From Cyanophora paradoxa CCMP329 (lineage: Eukaryota; Plantae; Glaucophyta), in NCBI GenBank assembly GCA_004431415.1, contig QPMI01000368.1, positions 1 to 43,084 of the forward strand: a stretch of DNA of 43,084 nucleotides, given 5' to 3'. Below the pieces are notes generated by a model. That model saw nothing but the letters and a program-made list of their open reading frames with translations. It searched no databases and was not told the DNA's origin. Of the stretch, positions 12,001 to 20,807 are shown piece by piece (within the stretch, counting starts at the first letter, position 1; the number at the start of each line of letters is the position of its first letter). Made by a program: the position numbers and the translations under genes.

Positions 12001-12964
12001 CCTCTAAGATCCCCCGATACTGCAGGGCGGAAGGAGAAGCCTCAGGGTACAGCGAGCGCGGCCGGCGGGGGGGTACGGCGCCGTCTCTCACCTGAAGTAC
12101 CACAATGCCGGCGATCACGCGGTTGTATCTCGCGAGACGGCCCTGGGTATAGCTGCGCAAAATCGATTGTCGGGGGGGGGGGGGGGGGAAGAAAAGAAGG
12201 GGTACAGCCGCACCGGTACGAGAAATCCAGGAGGCCGCCCTGTACCCAGGCGTAGAAGCTCGCCGGGTCACGCACGGACCTGCGGAGGATACTCGAGGAT
12301 CGGCCCGAGCGGCCCTGGTGGAGCGAGGGCGTATCCCCCCCCCCCCCCTTAACGCACCTGTACCCCGAGAGCTCCAGGTCGTCTGTAATGCCCTGCTGCA
12401 GCTCGAAGGCGGCCTGCCAGCGGGGGATGATCGGGGGTACGGCGAAGGAAAGGGGAGGGGTACGCGCGCCATCGTGTCGCGCTGGAGGAAGAGGACAGTG
12501 ACGTAGATCATCTGCGGACGGGCGGCGCGGCGCTGTTCGTAAGCCGTTCTTATGCTCAAGCTCTTCTTAATCGACCGCTCACGAAGAAAGCGATGTAGGA
12601 GAGGAGAGCGAGGTAGCTGCGGAGGGACTTGCGGTCCGCCGCGAGGCGCGCGGACGCGTCGTCCAGCTGCACCAGCCAGCCCTGCTTCGATTCGATCCGC
12701 CGGGGGCGCGTTCGCGCCAGCGCACAGTGAGCCTGCTGCGCGGAGAGAGCGCGCGGGACGCTCGGGACGCGGCGGGGGACGCGCCTCGTACTCGTCGGGG
12801 CCGCAGGAAGCGTCGGAGGGGCCGGTCGCATCGGCGCGGGCAGGGATGCCGGCGGGGCCACCTGCAGGCTCAGCGGAACCGGGCCACTCGATCGACACGA
12901 ACTCCGGCGACTCGCTCACAGCGGTTGCCGCGACCTGCTGTGCGGCATGGCTCGCGCCCCGCAT
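1..12964 (-). CDS. PKD2: Polycystin-2 (TRPP/PKD2-like) cation channel gene, over 30 small exons; 3' end probably runs off the left edge; start codon tentative
   Basis: Mostly frame-consistent exons with AG/GT or AG/GC ends spell the PKD2 architecture. S1: 12583-12681 plus 12470-12511 (SYLALLSYIAFF|MIYVTVLFLQ). Polycystin/TOP domain: SVRDPASFYAWVQGGLLDFSY, YNRVIAGIVVLQ, EECPGQEKFRKFYPIC, LVSPLTRRISIKF|AVYNGHSRSVGFTTLDFYFSTG|GLV (11028-11093; compare human PKD2 LDRGTRATFIDFSVYN...EFPATGG). S2: DKFRL|FLEIVVTLC. S3: 10356-10426 SLVHLADLSLFFVVAAIWV. S4: 3351-3397 IFLGMIRILRLLHFQ|DRLSILTRTLVQ. S5/pore: AGSDLVHFALLFAIVLV|AY|ACM|GQMMFGHALEDYADL. S6: FFWTFIIL|VGYVLIN|MFLA|IIIDTYCDVR (compare LNMFLAIINDTYSEVK). 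Confidence 0.92.
1868..2135. repeat. Intronic tandem repeat, ~104-bp unit, ~2.6 copies
   Basis: cggaccgg...gactagtactcgactgggctagactcgtgctaggaatcc recurs at about 1873, 1977 and 2081. Confidence 0.9.
2250..2512. repeat. Intronic degenerate minisatellite (ggtcgcgtacggcgaaacctag / actagatggtcgcgta)
   Basis: Multiple interleaved copies of these motifs, plus cgcccagcgctgctctgacc occurring twice. Confidence 0.8.
3499..4028 (+). repeat. Left copy of ~525-bp direct repeat (putative giant TSD), containing PKD2 exon 3626-3692
   Basis: Near-identical to 8344-8865 (actttagaagtggacgg ... ggaggctatagctac); the differences I saw are confined to G-run tracts. Confidence 0.95.
4031..5956 (+). CDS. Retroelement ORF segment with Ulp1/SENP-like (peptidase C48, clan CE) cysteine protease domain (~4550-5050)
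   Basis: SDRVVDAFFDVL (LNDEVINFY-like), MVFFPAL, DHWVLLLI (His codon 4796), IRIYDG (Asp 4847), PIQIARSSCGILL (Gln 4985, Cys 5003; Q-x5-C spacing). Frame open from the junction; probable frameshift near 5640. Confidence 0.82.
   Translation, partial: PKPSFPADWTGPTHPHDLDQLHPSATPPQPEPPSAPIFGSVAAPALADPPSPVPTTRSVSPPASPPSGQAGAPNHQLPPPVPPLPRALSEAEKALLPQIRICWGPALNRGDHAAENAIIGLPRACITTDSRPSRSPAPDLYVADLARLYTDLDLPPAPRDGRARTIASALPRGVSDRVVDAFFDVLAARPVCRGGDVCFLPTAISTVGAGAQPHTLNPAQALQYLPPRPLRSYRMVFFPALVPSRLPQREGDSADHWVLLLIAPRQRSIRIYDGGNRSRPDRTALGLDLVRIWLRRDDEPFAPPLWTSFSTDACDGPIQIARSSCGILLLMTAYVLSGDPSTQRLSTLIRDFPERLRTYTHFIILALYLGTTEIGSAPFPPDQLAFATPETACVPTLGSRRRRTVATLHHGGMLPTPPDSENDDGGETRLTLEDNWQASDSEEDSLVAHSCPPSPTLITLPDPAADPPPKSDEAAFAQVVGKLQRERRLHLPRAEILSNLTRPASLRAAEVATLAEENSKSPPPAPAPARPRKTGREPAGRRERNWYPIQRTTATTTRPIASRKAATMGLSLPFYTSPQDAGPPPAHPLWHQAWLCGATDRHREIRRPPLGVPRERRPAQTHGRGSPPRGFHSVELSTRSW
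5562..7100 (+). CDS. Retroelement C-terminal ORF segment: CCHC (zf-RVT-like) knuckle, IWKxR motif, extra C2HC/C2H2-like finger
   Basis: CPRCRLAEEDFDHIWVC; RTIWKTRC; CDTCGTSF-x8-H-x5-C (6909-6977). Probably one frameshifted ORF together with the Ulp1 segment. Confidence 0.75.
   Translation: MPPSPKRTQNRPHRPLRLPDQERPGASPPGAGSGTGTQSSVRLLQRPGRSPREKLQRWAFPCPSIPPRRMRVHHPLIRYGTKPGSAELPTGTERYAGHLLAYRVNGDPRKHMDEEAHLVDFIQWSCQLEAGRLLRFTGGQIDAALSLMSAHRKDGRRKTQAGVQLRATRSKLLTASLATLRVRARTRPDIYAAICPEGPICPRCRLAEEDFDHIWVCPAAATAVNVFRLAAREHVLKHVMKHKPTGLRSSWDSLFPFLLDPGMSSPPLEFAPDCPLGQKLAILEAADLLHQFEFRALFQLVAPQGIHVLLRAFGVRTLATTSQQAVNGLVQLADEHARTIWKTRCDAVIAWEQEHGITSGKKRTKRAKASMLAQVSATPAPAPIPLNPTTRCPSLERQQVTITEYLGGAAPALAAELAAFTWKKLEEEPTQQPPRRSARLRELDARRPRCDTCGTSFASARRCLRHLATGLCVDSAAGVGFQLVRNPSPSQPTSSTTDLELPLLYPRSPPPA
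8344..8865 (+). repeat. Right copy of ~525-bp direct repeat, containing second copy of the PKD2 exon (8471-8537)
   Basis: Starts immediately at the end of the poly(A) and matches 3499-4028. Confidence 0.95.
9888..10350. repeat. Intronic duplicated blocks (aacagctagatctcgatctagatc; atctaacagcta; echo of an exon end)
   Basis: Repeated motifs at about 9890, 9932, 10051, 10172 and 10270; 10118-10142 copies the exon end at 10353-10378. Confidence 0.75.
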
Positions 12965-13413
12965 GCTCAGCCGAGCGAGGGCGGGCGCTGCCCCTGGCGA
13001 GCGCAGCTGCTGTGGTCCGATGATCCTCGCGAGAGCCGACCGGCTCGACCGTGCGCGTACGCGTGTGCCGGGGCTCCGAGTAATTCGTTTGAAGAGAGCT
13101 CGGGCGCGAGCCCTGCAACTATTGCAGGCGCCCCACCGGATGAGATGCCGGAGACCGTCGGACGAGGCGGGCTGAGGTGCTGCAAAGCGAAAAAAAGAGA
13201 AGCGGCGCTCGTTCCCCCCTCGCCGGTGGGTACAGCAGCGCGCGTGTCGTCGTCTCGAAGTCCTGTCGCAGGCCTGTTGAAAGCCTCAGCCCAGATCCGC
13301 TTTACCAAACCACAACTCGCCAGCTCGCCCCGCCGTGTGCCGTCTCCCGAGCTCCGCATCGAGTCGCCCTAGCTAGCCAGCAGCGGCGGCTTCAGAATCC
13401 CTCGGAGGCGAAG

Positions 13414-16295
13414 ATGTCGTCGAAGGTCGAGCTCCCGCCCGCGAAGCGCGCCCTGGAGCAGCAGCGCGCTGAGACCGAGCAGCAGCGCGCCGAGGCGGAG
13501 CGGCTCGCGTCGGGTCTCAAGGCGTCGGAGGGCGCCCTGGAGCAGCAGCGCGCTGAGACCGAGCAGCAGCGCGCCGAGGCGAAGCGGCTCGCGGCGGTTC
13601 TCAAGGCGTCGGAGGGCGCCCTGGAGCAGCAGCGCGCCGAGGTGGAGCGACTCGCGGCGGGTCTCAAGGCGTCGGAGGGCGCCCTGGAGCAGCAGCGCGT
13701 CGAGGCTGAGCGGCTCGCGGCGGTTCTCAAGGCGTCGGAGGAGGCCCAGGAGCAGCAGCGCGCCGAGGCGGAGCGACTCGCGGCGGGTCTCAAGGCGTCG
13801 GAGGGCGCCCTGGAGCAGCAGCGCGCCGAGGCGGAGCGACTCGCGGCGGGCTCCAAGGCGTCGGAGGGCGCCCTGGAGCAGCAGCGCGTCGAGGCGAAGC
13901 GACTCGCGGCGGGTCTCAAGGCGTCGGAGGGCGCCCCGGAGCAGCAGCGCGCTGAGACCGAGCAGCAGCGCGCCGAGGCGGAGCGGCTCGCGTCGGGTCT
14001 CAAGGCGTCGGAGGGCGCCCTGGAGCAGCAGCGCGTCGAGGCGAAGCGACTCGCGGCGGGTCTCAAGGCGTCGGAGGGCGCCCTGGAGCAGCAGCGCGCT
14101 GAGACCGAGCAGCAGCGCGCCGAGGCGGAGCGGCTCGCAGCAGTTCTCAAGGCGTCGGAGGGCGCCCTGGAGCAGCAGCGCGCTGAGACCGAGCAGCAGC
14201 GCGCCGAGGCGGAGCGGCTCGCAGCGGTTCTCAAGGTGTTGGAGGGCGCCCTGGAGCAGCAGCGCGCCGAGGTGGAGCGACTCGCGGCGGGTCTCAAGGC
14301 GTCGGAGGAGGCCCAGGAGCAGCAGCGCGCCGAGGCGGAGCGACTCGCGGCGGGTCTCAAGGCGTCGGAGGGCGCCCTGGAGCAGCAGCGCGCCGAGGCG
14401 GAGCGACTCGCGGCGGGTCTCAAGGCGTCGGATGATGCGCTCAAACGGCAGCACGTCAAGACGAATAGGCTCGAGGCGGGCTCCAAGGCGTCGGAGGACG
14501 TGCTGAAGCAGCGGGAAGCGAACCTCAAAGCGTCAGAGGACGCGCTCAAGCGGGAGCGCATCGAGGTCAAGCGGGAGGGCGCCGAGATCAAGCGGCGTGA
14601 GGCGGGCCTCGAGAAGTCTGCGAACGCGCTGCAGCAGCAGCGGTCCAAGACAGAACGGCGGGCGGCGGACCTCAAGGCGTCGGAGGACGCGCTGAAGGAG
14701 CAGCGCGCCGAAACAGAGCGGGGGAAGGCGGGCCTCAAGAAGGCAGCCGATGCGCTGAAGCAGCAGTGCACCGAGATGGAGAGGCGGGAGGCGGGCCTCA
14801 AGGCCTCGGCGGATGCGTTGCAGAAGCGGCAGAAGCAGCTGATGAAATGTTTACACATTCTTCTCATCACTCTTCTTCTGGCAGCCGCTGTTCCATTTCT
14901 GCTTGTGAGCACCAGTTTCTGCAAAGGCCTTATCCTGCCAAGCTGACATTCATGTCAGCTTAGGGATACAGATGTCAAGCCGGGCTTCGACGTCCCTTCA
15001 GCCGGCATACAGGAGCAGTCTAACATCAAGGTAGCAGGCTTCTTCTGCCTGCACGCTCGTCCATTCCTGACTCCAAGCAGTTGCCGACCATTGAAGGCAT
15101 CGAACGTTGGGGCATTCAGGAGGTGGGCGCATCATTGCTACATGCGCCCTGCGCCATAACGTTTGGGGCGGGGCACAGTGTTACGCGCCCACGTGCACAG
15201 CGAGGCCACTGGCTGGCAGGGTCGAATTCGAACTGCTGGACCCGTTGTTGCCGGGGTCCATATTGTCAGCCGCGTCCCATTCCGCCCGCTTCTTCTTCCC
15301 CTTCTTTGCTTTCTCGTCGTCTACTTCAGCGGCCAACCTGGCGCCGCCGCCGGCCGCGCCGTTGCCGGTCGCACGGGCCTCCCCGCCGGCCTCCCCGCCG
15401 CTGGCGCCCGGCCTGGAGGATTCCGCGCCGCCTCCCGCCCCGCTGGCTCCTTCTGCTCCCGCCTCGTCTCCGCCGCCGTCGTCTCCTCCAACGGGCGAGG
15501 CGCATCAGGAGGCGGGGCGGGCGCACGACGAGGCGATGCCGGGGCCGTCGCCGGCGGGCGAGGTCGGCGACGGGGGCGAGCGCAGCCCCCCGCTGGGGCC
15601 CCCGCCGCCGTCTCCGCCGTCGCCAGCGGCGGCGTCGGCCGGGCTTCCCCGCTCACGGGCGCGGCCGGCGAACTGGAGGGGCCGGGGGCGCGGAGGGGCG
15701 CGGCGCGGCGGTGGAGCGGGCGGCCGGTGCGGGCGTGGCGCCGGAGGAGGCCGGGGCCGGCGTCGGGGGCGGGCGTGTGGGGGCACCAGCCGTGGCGGCG
15801 GCGGCCGCCCCGGGCGGCCAGGACACCCTCGCGCCTGCTGCGGTGCGGCTTGCTTCCGAGCAGGCGGCCGCGGAGGGGGCGGTCACTGACGGGGCGCGGA
15901 TCGCCGCTCGCAGGGCGCGCAGGCGCTTCCGTCATCAGGCGCTTCCGAGCCCGTGGCGTGGGCCGCCGGCGCCGCAGCGGAGCCCCTCGTGCAGAGAATC
16001 CTTCCAGTGCAGGCGGTGCGGCTGCGATCAGCGTCCGCGGTTGCCGAGATTGCAAGCCTCTTACGCCCTGGGGCCTCGCCCGTTGTCGCAGGATCCCAAT
16101 GAGCCCGGGTGCACGGAGCAGGACGAGAAGCAGCTGCAGCGCGCCGCTGAGGCCCCGCAGCAACAGGCGCCAGCGCTGGCTTCGGCGGATGCAGCTTCCG
16201 TCGTAGAGGTGGCGCCCTCGCACGACCGGCAGGTGCAGCCGCCTTTGCAGGGCCAGCCTCAGGCGGGCCTTGAGTGTGCGAACGCAGGTACATGA
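13414..16295 (+). CDS. Orphan long coiled-coil protein with one TM helix and a spliced C-terminal extension (3' exons tentative)
   Basis: ATG at 13414. Exon 1 (to 14904) encodes ~20 heptad-based repeats, then hydrophobic LHILLITLLLAAAVPFLL. GTGAGC donor at 14905 with ctgac branch and acceptor at 14958; in-frame exons 14959-15030 (LRDTDVKPGFD...NIK) and 15081-15122 (LPTIEGIERWGIQE). Downstream Pro-rich and Gln-rich segments may continue to 16295. Confidence 0.7.
13447..14830 (+). repeat. Coding tandem repeat, 63-bp (21-aa) unit LEQQRAEAERLAAGLKASEGA with optional 21-bp insert
   Basis: 14 near-identical units (5 with an extra EQQRAET) followed by 6 diverged units. Confidence 0.95.
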
Positions 16296-17277
16296 AGAGG
16301 AGCGCGCGCGAGTGGACAACACACGGGTCGGCGCGGAGGTGAGGTTTCTCTCAGCGGCAGGGCTCGCTGATCACAAGGGGTAGGGGCCGGGGCAGAGAGA
16401 AACCTCACCTGCGCCCGCGGCAGGGGTCGGGGCAGGGTTTGGAGCGCAGGGCGGAAGAAAAGGCACCGATGTCAGTCCGCGAGAAGGTTAGCTTATCGCC
16501 TACGATCTGTGCTCATCACGAGCTAAGGATCCATCCAGGTGGCCGTATTCGGCATGGCCGTTCTTGGCGCAGCGGCCTACATCTTGAGGAGCTTATGGGA
16601 GTTAGGGTAGTCGCGCGGATCAGCTGTCCGTCCCTCCGCCCGGCCATCATGCATCACCAGCTGCAGGAGCTTCGTCTCTACTAGGCTACTTGAGTCTAGT
16701 ACTACGGTAGGATCCGGATCTCTTGAAAATCCGCTTGCGCTGTGACACGCGCGCGCTGCCGGCGCGCGCCCCTCCAATCGATATCGTCGATATCCGATCA
16801 AATCGGGCCGCCATGCCCTCTCCCTAGATATCCGTCCCGGAGCATAAATTATCTACGCGTACGCGTACGTACTATATGCGCACAGTCACTGCAGCTGAGT
16901 GGGGTTGTGAGCAATTAATTTTGCAACGCATGAAGTTGCGAGCCGGGTACACTGTGACAATCAGGCCTAGCTCGCTCTAGATCTTGGGCGCACCAACCGG
17001 TATCATACATGTACATATACATCGACTCGGCGATATCATGATCATCGATATCGTTCTCGGCCGATCTTCGACGTCGACGTCGCTGGTTCAACGGTTAGGC
17101 CTAGGGTTAGGCCTAGGCCTAGGCGGCTGGGCCTAGGGCTGCCGCTGTCCGACGGTCACTGAGTGCGATCCCGCCGCGCCCGGCCGCGACGCGCTCGAAA
17201 AACGACCGAGCAGCGCTAGCTGGGGTCCAGCAGAGACTCTGAGACGCAGCCAGCTGGTTCGCACACAGAAGCTGATC

Positions 17278-20149
17278 ATGATCATGAGCGCCGAAGCGGC
17301 AGCTGGCGTTGGACAGGCGGACCCCATTCTGGTCGGCTCTGCGGAGCCATTCGATTCGGTTGTAGCTAAGATCCGCTGGCTAGACTAGGTAGACGCCACG
17401 AGCGTGCTTCCACAAAGGAGAGCGGCGTGCTCCGGGCGATGCGGCGGCATGATCGGCGCAGAAAGGCATGCAGGTTGGCAGTATGACATCTCCAAAGCCA
17501 GAGGAGCGGCCGGCGGCCCGGCGGCCGCGGGCGGCGGGCGAGCCGGGGGGTACACGGTGCAAGAGCGCTCTCCGCGCAGATCAGTTCTGCAGGCCCAGCA
17601 AGCGGCCAGCAGCACGTCGGCAGCTTCCATAGCGTCAGCCTGCAAGCGGGAGATCGAACGACATTAAGCCTCGAGGTCCGTGCGTCCCCGCTTTGTACCG
17701 CGCTCGGCTGAGCGCTTTGTGCCGCTTCTCTAGAGCGCAGAAGCGGAGAACGGCGTGAGTAAGTTGGCCGGCGAAGTCTGCGGTCCCCAGCTTGCTAGAA
17801 CGCGCAGGTTTGCGCGTTAACCGACCTCCAGTTTTGCGCGCGTGGGAGCCGCTTGAAGCACTTACGAGAGCTTTGTTTCGCAGGAGCTGTCGTGTCGCTG
17901 CGCTTCGAGCCGCTATGAAGGTAAGGTTCCCGGGGCCCGTCCCGTCCCGGCGCCTGCCCACGTGCTCGGCAGCCCAGTCCCCGTCGGGATCCTCCGTCGA
18001 CAAGGACGAGCCGCTGTAAAAAGAGCTTGGGTTCCGCAGTAAACAAGCTCGGCAGCCTCGGTCGGCGCCTTCCCTCAGCACTACGTGTCCTCTGGAATGA
18101 AGGCTTCAAGAGAGCTCGCAAATTGATGCAGCATCCGCGCTTGCGTGCTCTCGCAAAGTCACCAATGTGCTGGGGTGCTGCAGCCGGCTTGCTAGTGCTG
18201 GCTTCCACCCGACGTTTCGGCACCCCCGAACCCGCTTATGTGCGTTGCTCCTCATCTTAAGACGACTTCAAGCTTCGCATACTCACATCCGTTCGAATTC
18301 AGATGACTATAAGGCTGCTCTTGGTGGCCAGATGGTTTTATCAGCACTGGCGGTTTGTCGGGCGACGTCTCCGCTTGCGGCGCGACGCCTTCAATTGGCG
18401 TTTTCTGGTGAAGTCCGCTTGCGTCTTCGCTGGTACTACAGCATTGCTGTATGCTTCGTCCGTATATCTCGGCACCCAAGTCCCCGGTTACGTGCGTTAC
18501 CTTTCAATTTGAGTCACTCCTCGAAGTCGCATGCTCACGCTCGCTCGCTTCCAGCTGGTGCTCGAGATTCTGGTGGAGGTGCGCTCCCGCAATTATTTAA
18601 ACGCACTTAGTCTCTCTCTCAACACTTTCCGTGACGTACTCCGGGCTATTTCCTCGCGCAGGCGTGCGGCGTGGGACCCCAGGCGGCCTCGTCCGCCGGC
18701 CAGTCCGCCCTTCCAGCGCCCAAGGTGCGGATTTGAGTCTCGACGAGGACTGCCCCGCGGCGCCACTCGCGGCGCTTACGGTTGCGCAGGCGGTCGGGCG
18801 GGAGGAGTGCAGCCCCCCGCCGGGATCCCAATCGCCGTCTGCGCCATCGTTCTCGGCGGCATCGGCGCCGAGTTCCCCGTTCGCGAGCGCGGCCGGCGGT
18901 GACGGCGCGGCCGGCGGGCTGGAGGGGGCCGAGGGCGCAGATCCCATGGACCAGGAGCGTGATGCGGCGTTCGGCGACCGTAGCTACGTGAGCAGGACCC
19001 TTCTGCTGTGCCGGAAGGTTTCGCATCGCAGGATTCTGAGCATTCTTTGACGTCAGAGTGGTGGCGCCGGGGTGCTTTTCGACAAGCCGGCGTCTGGAAT
19101 CAGCGCCCAACCTGTTTCCGTGAGCAAGCCTTCTCGTTTACCGTCACGGTGTCGCTTACCATCGCGGATCGCAGATAGGAGGAGACCAGAAAGAACGGGG
19201 GAAGAAGCGCCAAGGACGGAGGCTGGAGTCTTTCAAGCCGCTTTCAGCTCGGGTTATTGCCAGCGTGTTTTCCATCGAGCAGCCCGAGGCGGCGGCGGAG
19301 CAGCAGCCCGAGCCGGCGCCCCAGCAGCAGCCGGGGCCAGCGCCAGCTTCCCAGCCACAGCCGGCCCTCGCCCGGCGCCTGCAGCTGTCGAGTGAGTCGC
19401 TGGTGGCGACGGCGGCGATGCTCCAGATCGGGCAGGAGGCGGGCATGTCTACGCTGCCCAGCGCCAGTCGCCTGAACGTGGCCAGCAGCATCGACGTGGC
19501 CGGGCGCGTGGTTCAGTTCTGCAGCAGCCAACAGCCGGCGCACTGGACCGCGGCACTGGACGGGGTGGAGAAACTCGTTGATTCCATCGGGCACCACGTC
19601 AAAGAAGGGCCCCACGTCGACCTGCTCGATAACGCCGTCGACGACACGCGTTTGCGGCGGCTCTACGTGGCCGCCCTCGTCGTCGCCTCCAAGCACTCCC
19701 AAGTGCAAGCACCGGGCAAGATCGGCCTGCCGCTGACGAACCGGGGCGGGGCACAACGGGAGTACGGCAGGCTCCTCGCCCCGGTCAAGCCGTTCGTGGA
19801 CGAGATCCTCGCAAGCCTTACCATTCCTCCGGTCTGTGTTTATCGATTTGAGCTTCTCAATCAAGCCGTTCTAACTTTGCGAGGCCGTCCACAGATTGAT
19901 GAACGCTTCAACGAGCTCTGGAAGGCAGGCACCCTCATTCGGCAGCGGCCGCTCATCTGCAGCGCTGGCAGCCTCCATGAATACTCGCCCAAGCAGCTGC
20001 TCGCGGCCCTGGCTGACCTCCTCGACCACTCGTTATCACCCGCGAATCTCGAGACGGCTATGGAAGACATCAAGGCTGAGGTTGCGGCTGCCGGCATCAA
20101 GCACAAGACCCGGTTTGTCTTCCAGGAGCATGTCTTCGAGAGAGCCTAG
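17278..20149 (+). CDS. Orphan multi-exon membrane protein: duplicated TM module, Pro/Ser/Gln linker, C-terminal ~230-aa helical domain (5' exons tentative)
   Basis: Phase-consistent exon chain: ...RAAMK|PSPRR...GLLVLASTRRFGTPEPAY|MTIRLLL...ALLYASSVYLGTQVPGY|LVLEILV...ISSRS|AQGADLSLDED...GDRSY|SGGAG...PVS|IGGDQ...GRS|VFSIEQPE...IPP|IDERF...FERA*. Last intron 19832-19894 has a ctaac branch. The C-terminal domain aligns with 34632-35595. Confidence 0.65.
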
Positions 20150-20807
20150 GAGGGCCTTGGAGAGCCCCGCGGCGGCCGCGAGCGGCGCCCTCGAGGAGGC
20201 GCAGTCAGCCTCTCCCGCAGGGATGCGGCCTTCAGACCAGCCTTCACACATCCTGCCGGCAACGGCCTCGTTTTCCTGCCTCCCCCGCCCTGCCCCCCCG
20301 CCTACCCCCCCCCCTCCCCTCCCCATACATCCCCCCCCTCCCCCCCGCTCCCCGCCCCACACGTTTTTCCCACGCACCTTTCCCACCACACGTTTCCCTA
20401 CACCTTTCGGCTTCCTCGGCTCAATGCTTCAGTCCTCCTCGGCTGGCCCCTTACGGCCTCCCCCCCCCCCCCCCCCCCCCCCTTCCCCCTATCGCGGGCA
20501 GGCATCGGCATCCCTCGGCCGCTGCCGGGGCGGGCGCCGGCCGCACCTCGCATCTCAGGCCTCGCCCTCGAGACAGGCCGCCCGCCCCCCCCCCTTCCCC
20601 CCCCCCTCTCTCTCCCCCCCCCCCGTAGCGTGGCTCCTATACACAGCCGCAGCCAAGCTTAGGACGCTGAGATCTGGACTCACTGTGGTAGCTGGCATCG
20701 AGAGCTATGGTCATGAATAGAACAAAACCAGGAGAAAAGCCCATCGATGCCAAGCTGCAGGCACACTAGCTAGCTATAGCACGCCTGGATTCGATTTGGA
20801 GAGCCCA

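Noticed and set aside
13369-14924. Long antisense ORFs (361 and 510 aa)
   Set aside because: Shadows of the stop-poor coding repeat on the plus strand.
14850-14946. KASH-like tail (TM followed by ...KGLILPS*) on the coiled-coil protein
   Set aside because: The tail lies inside a well-formed intron (GTGAGC at 14905, ctgac branch, AG at 14958) followed by in-frame exons, so the stop at 14946 is probably intronic.
15200-15500. Minus-strand coding-like stretch (AEVDDEKAKKGKKKRAEWDAADNMD)
   Set aside because: In-frame stop just upstream (15505), no supporting splice chain, and the opposite strand has the paralogy support; left unresolved.
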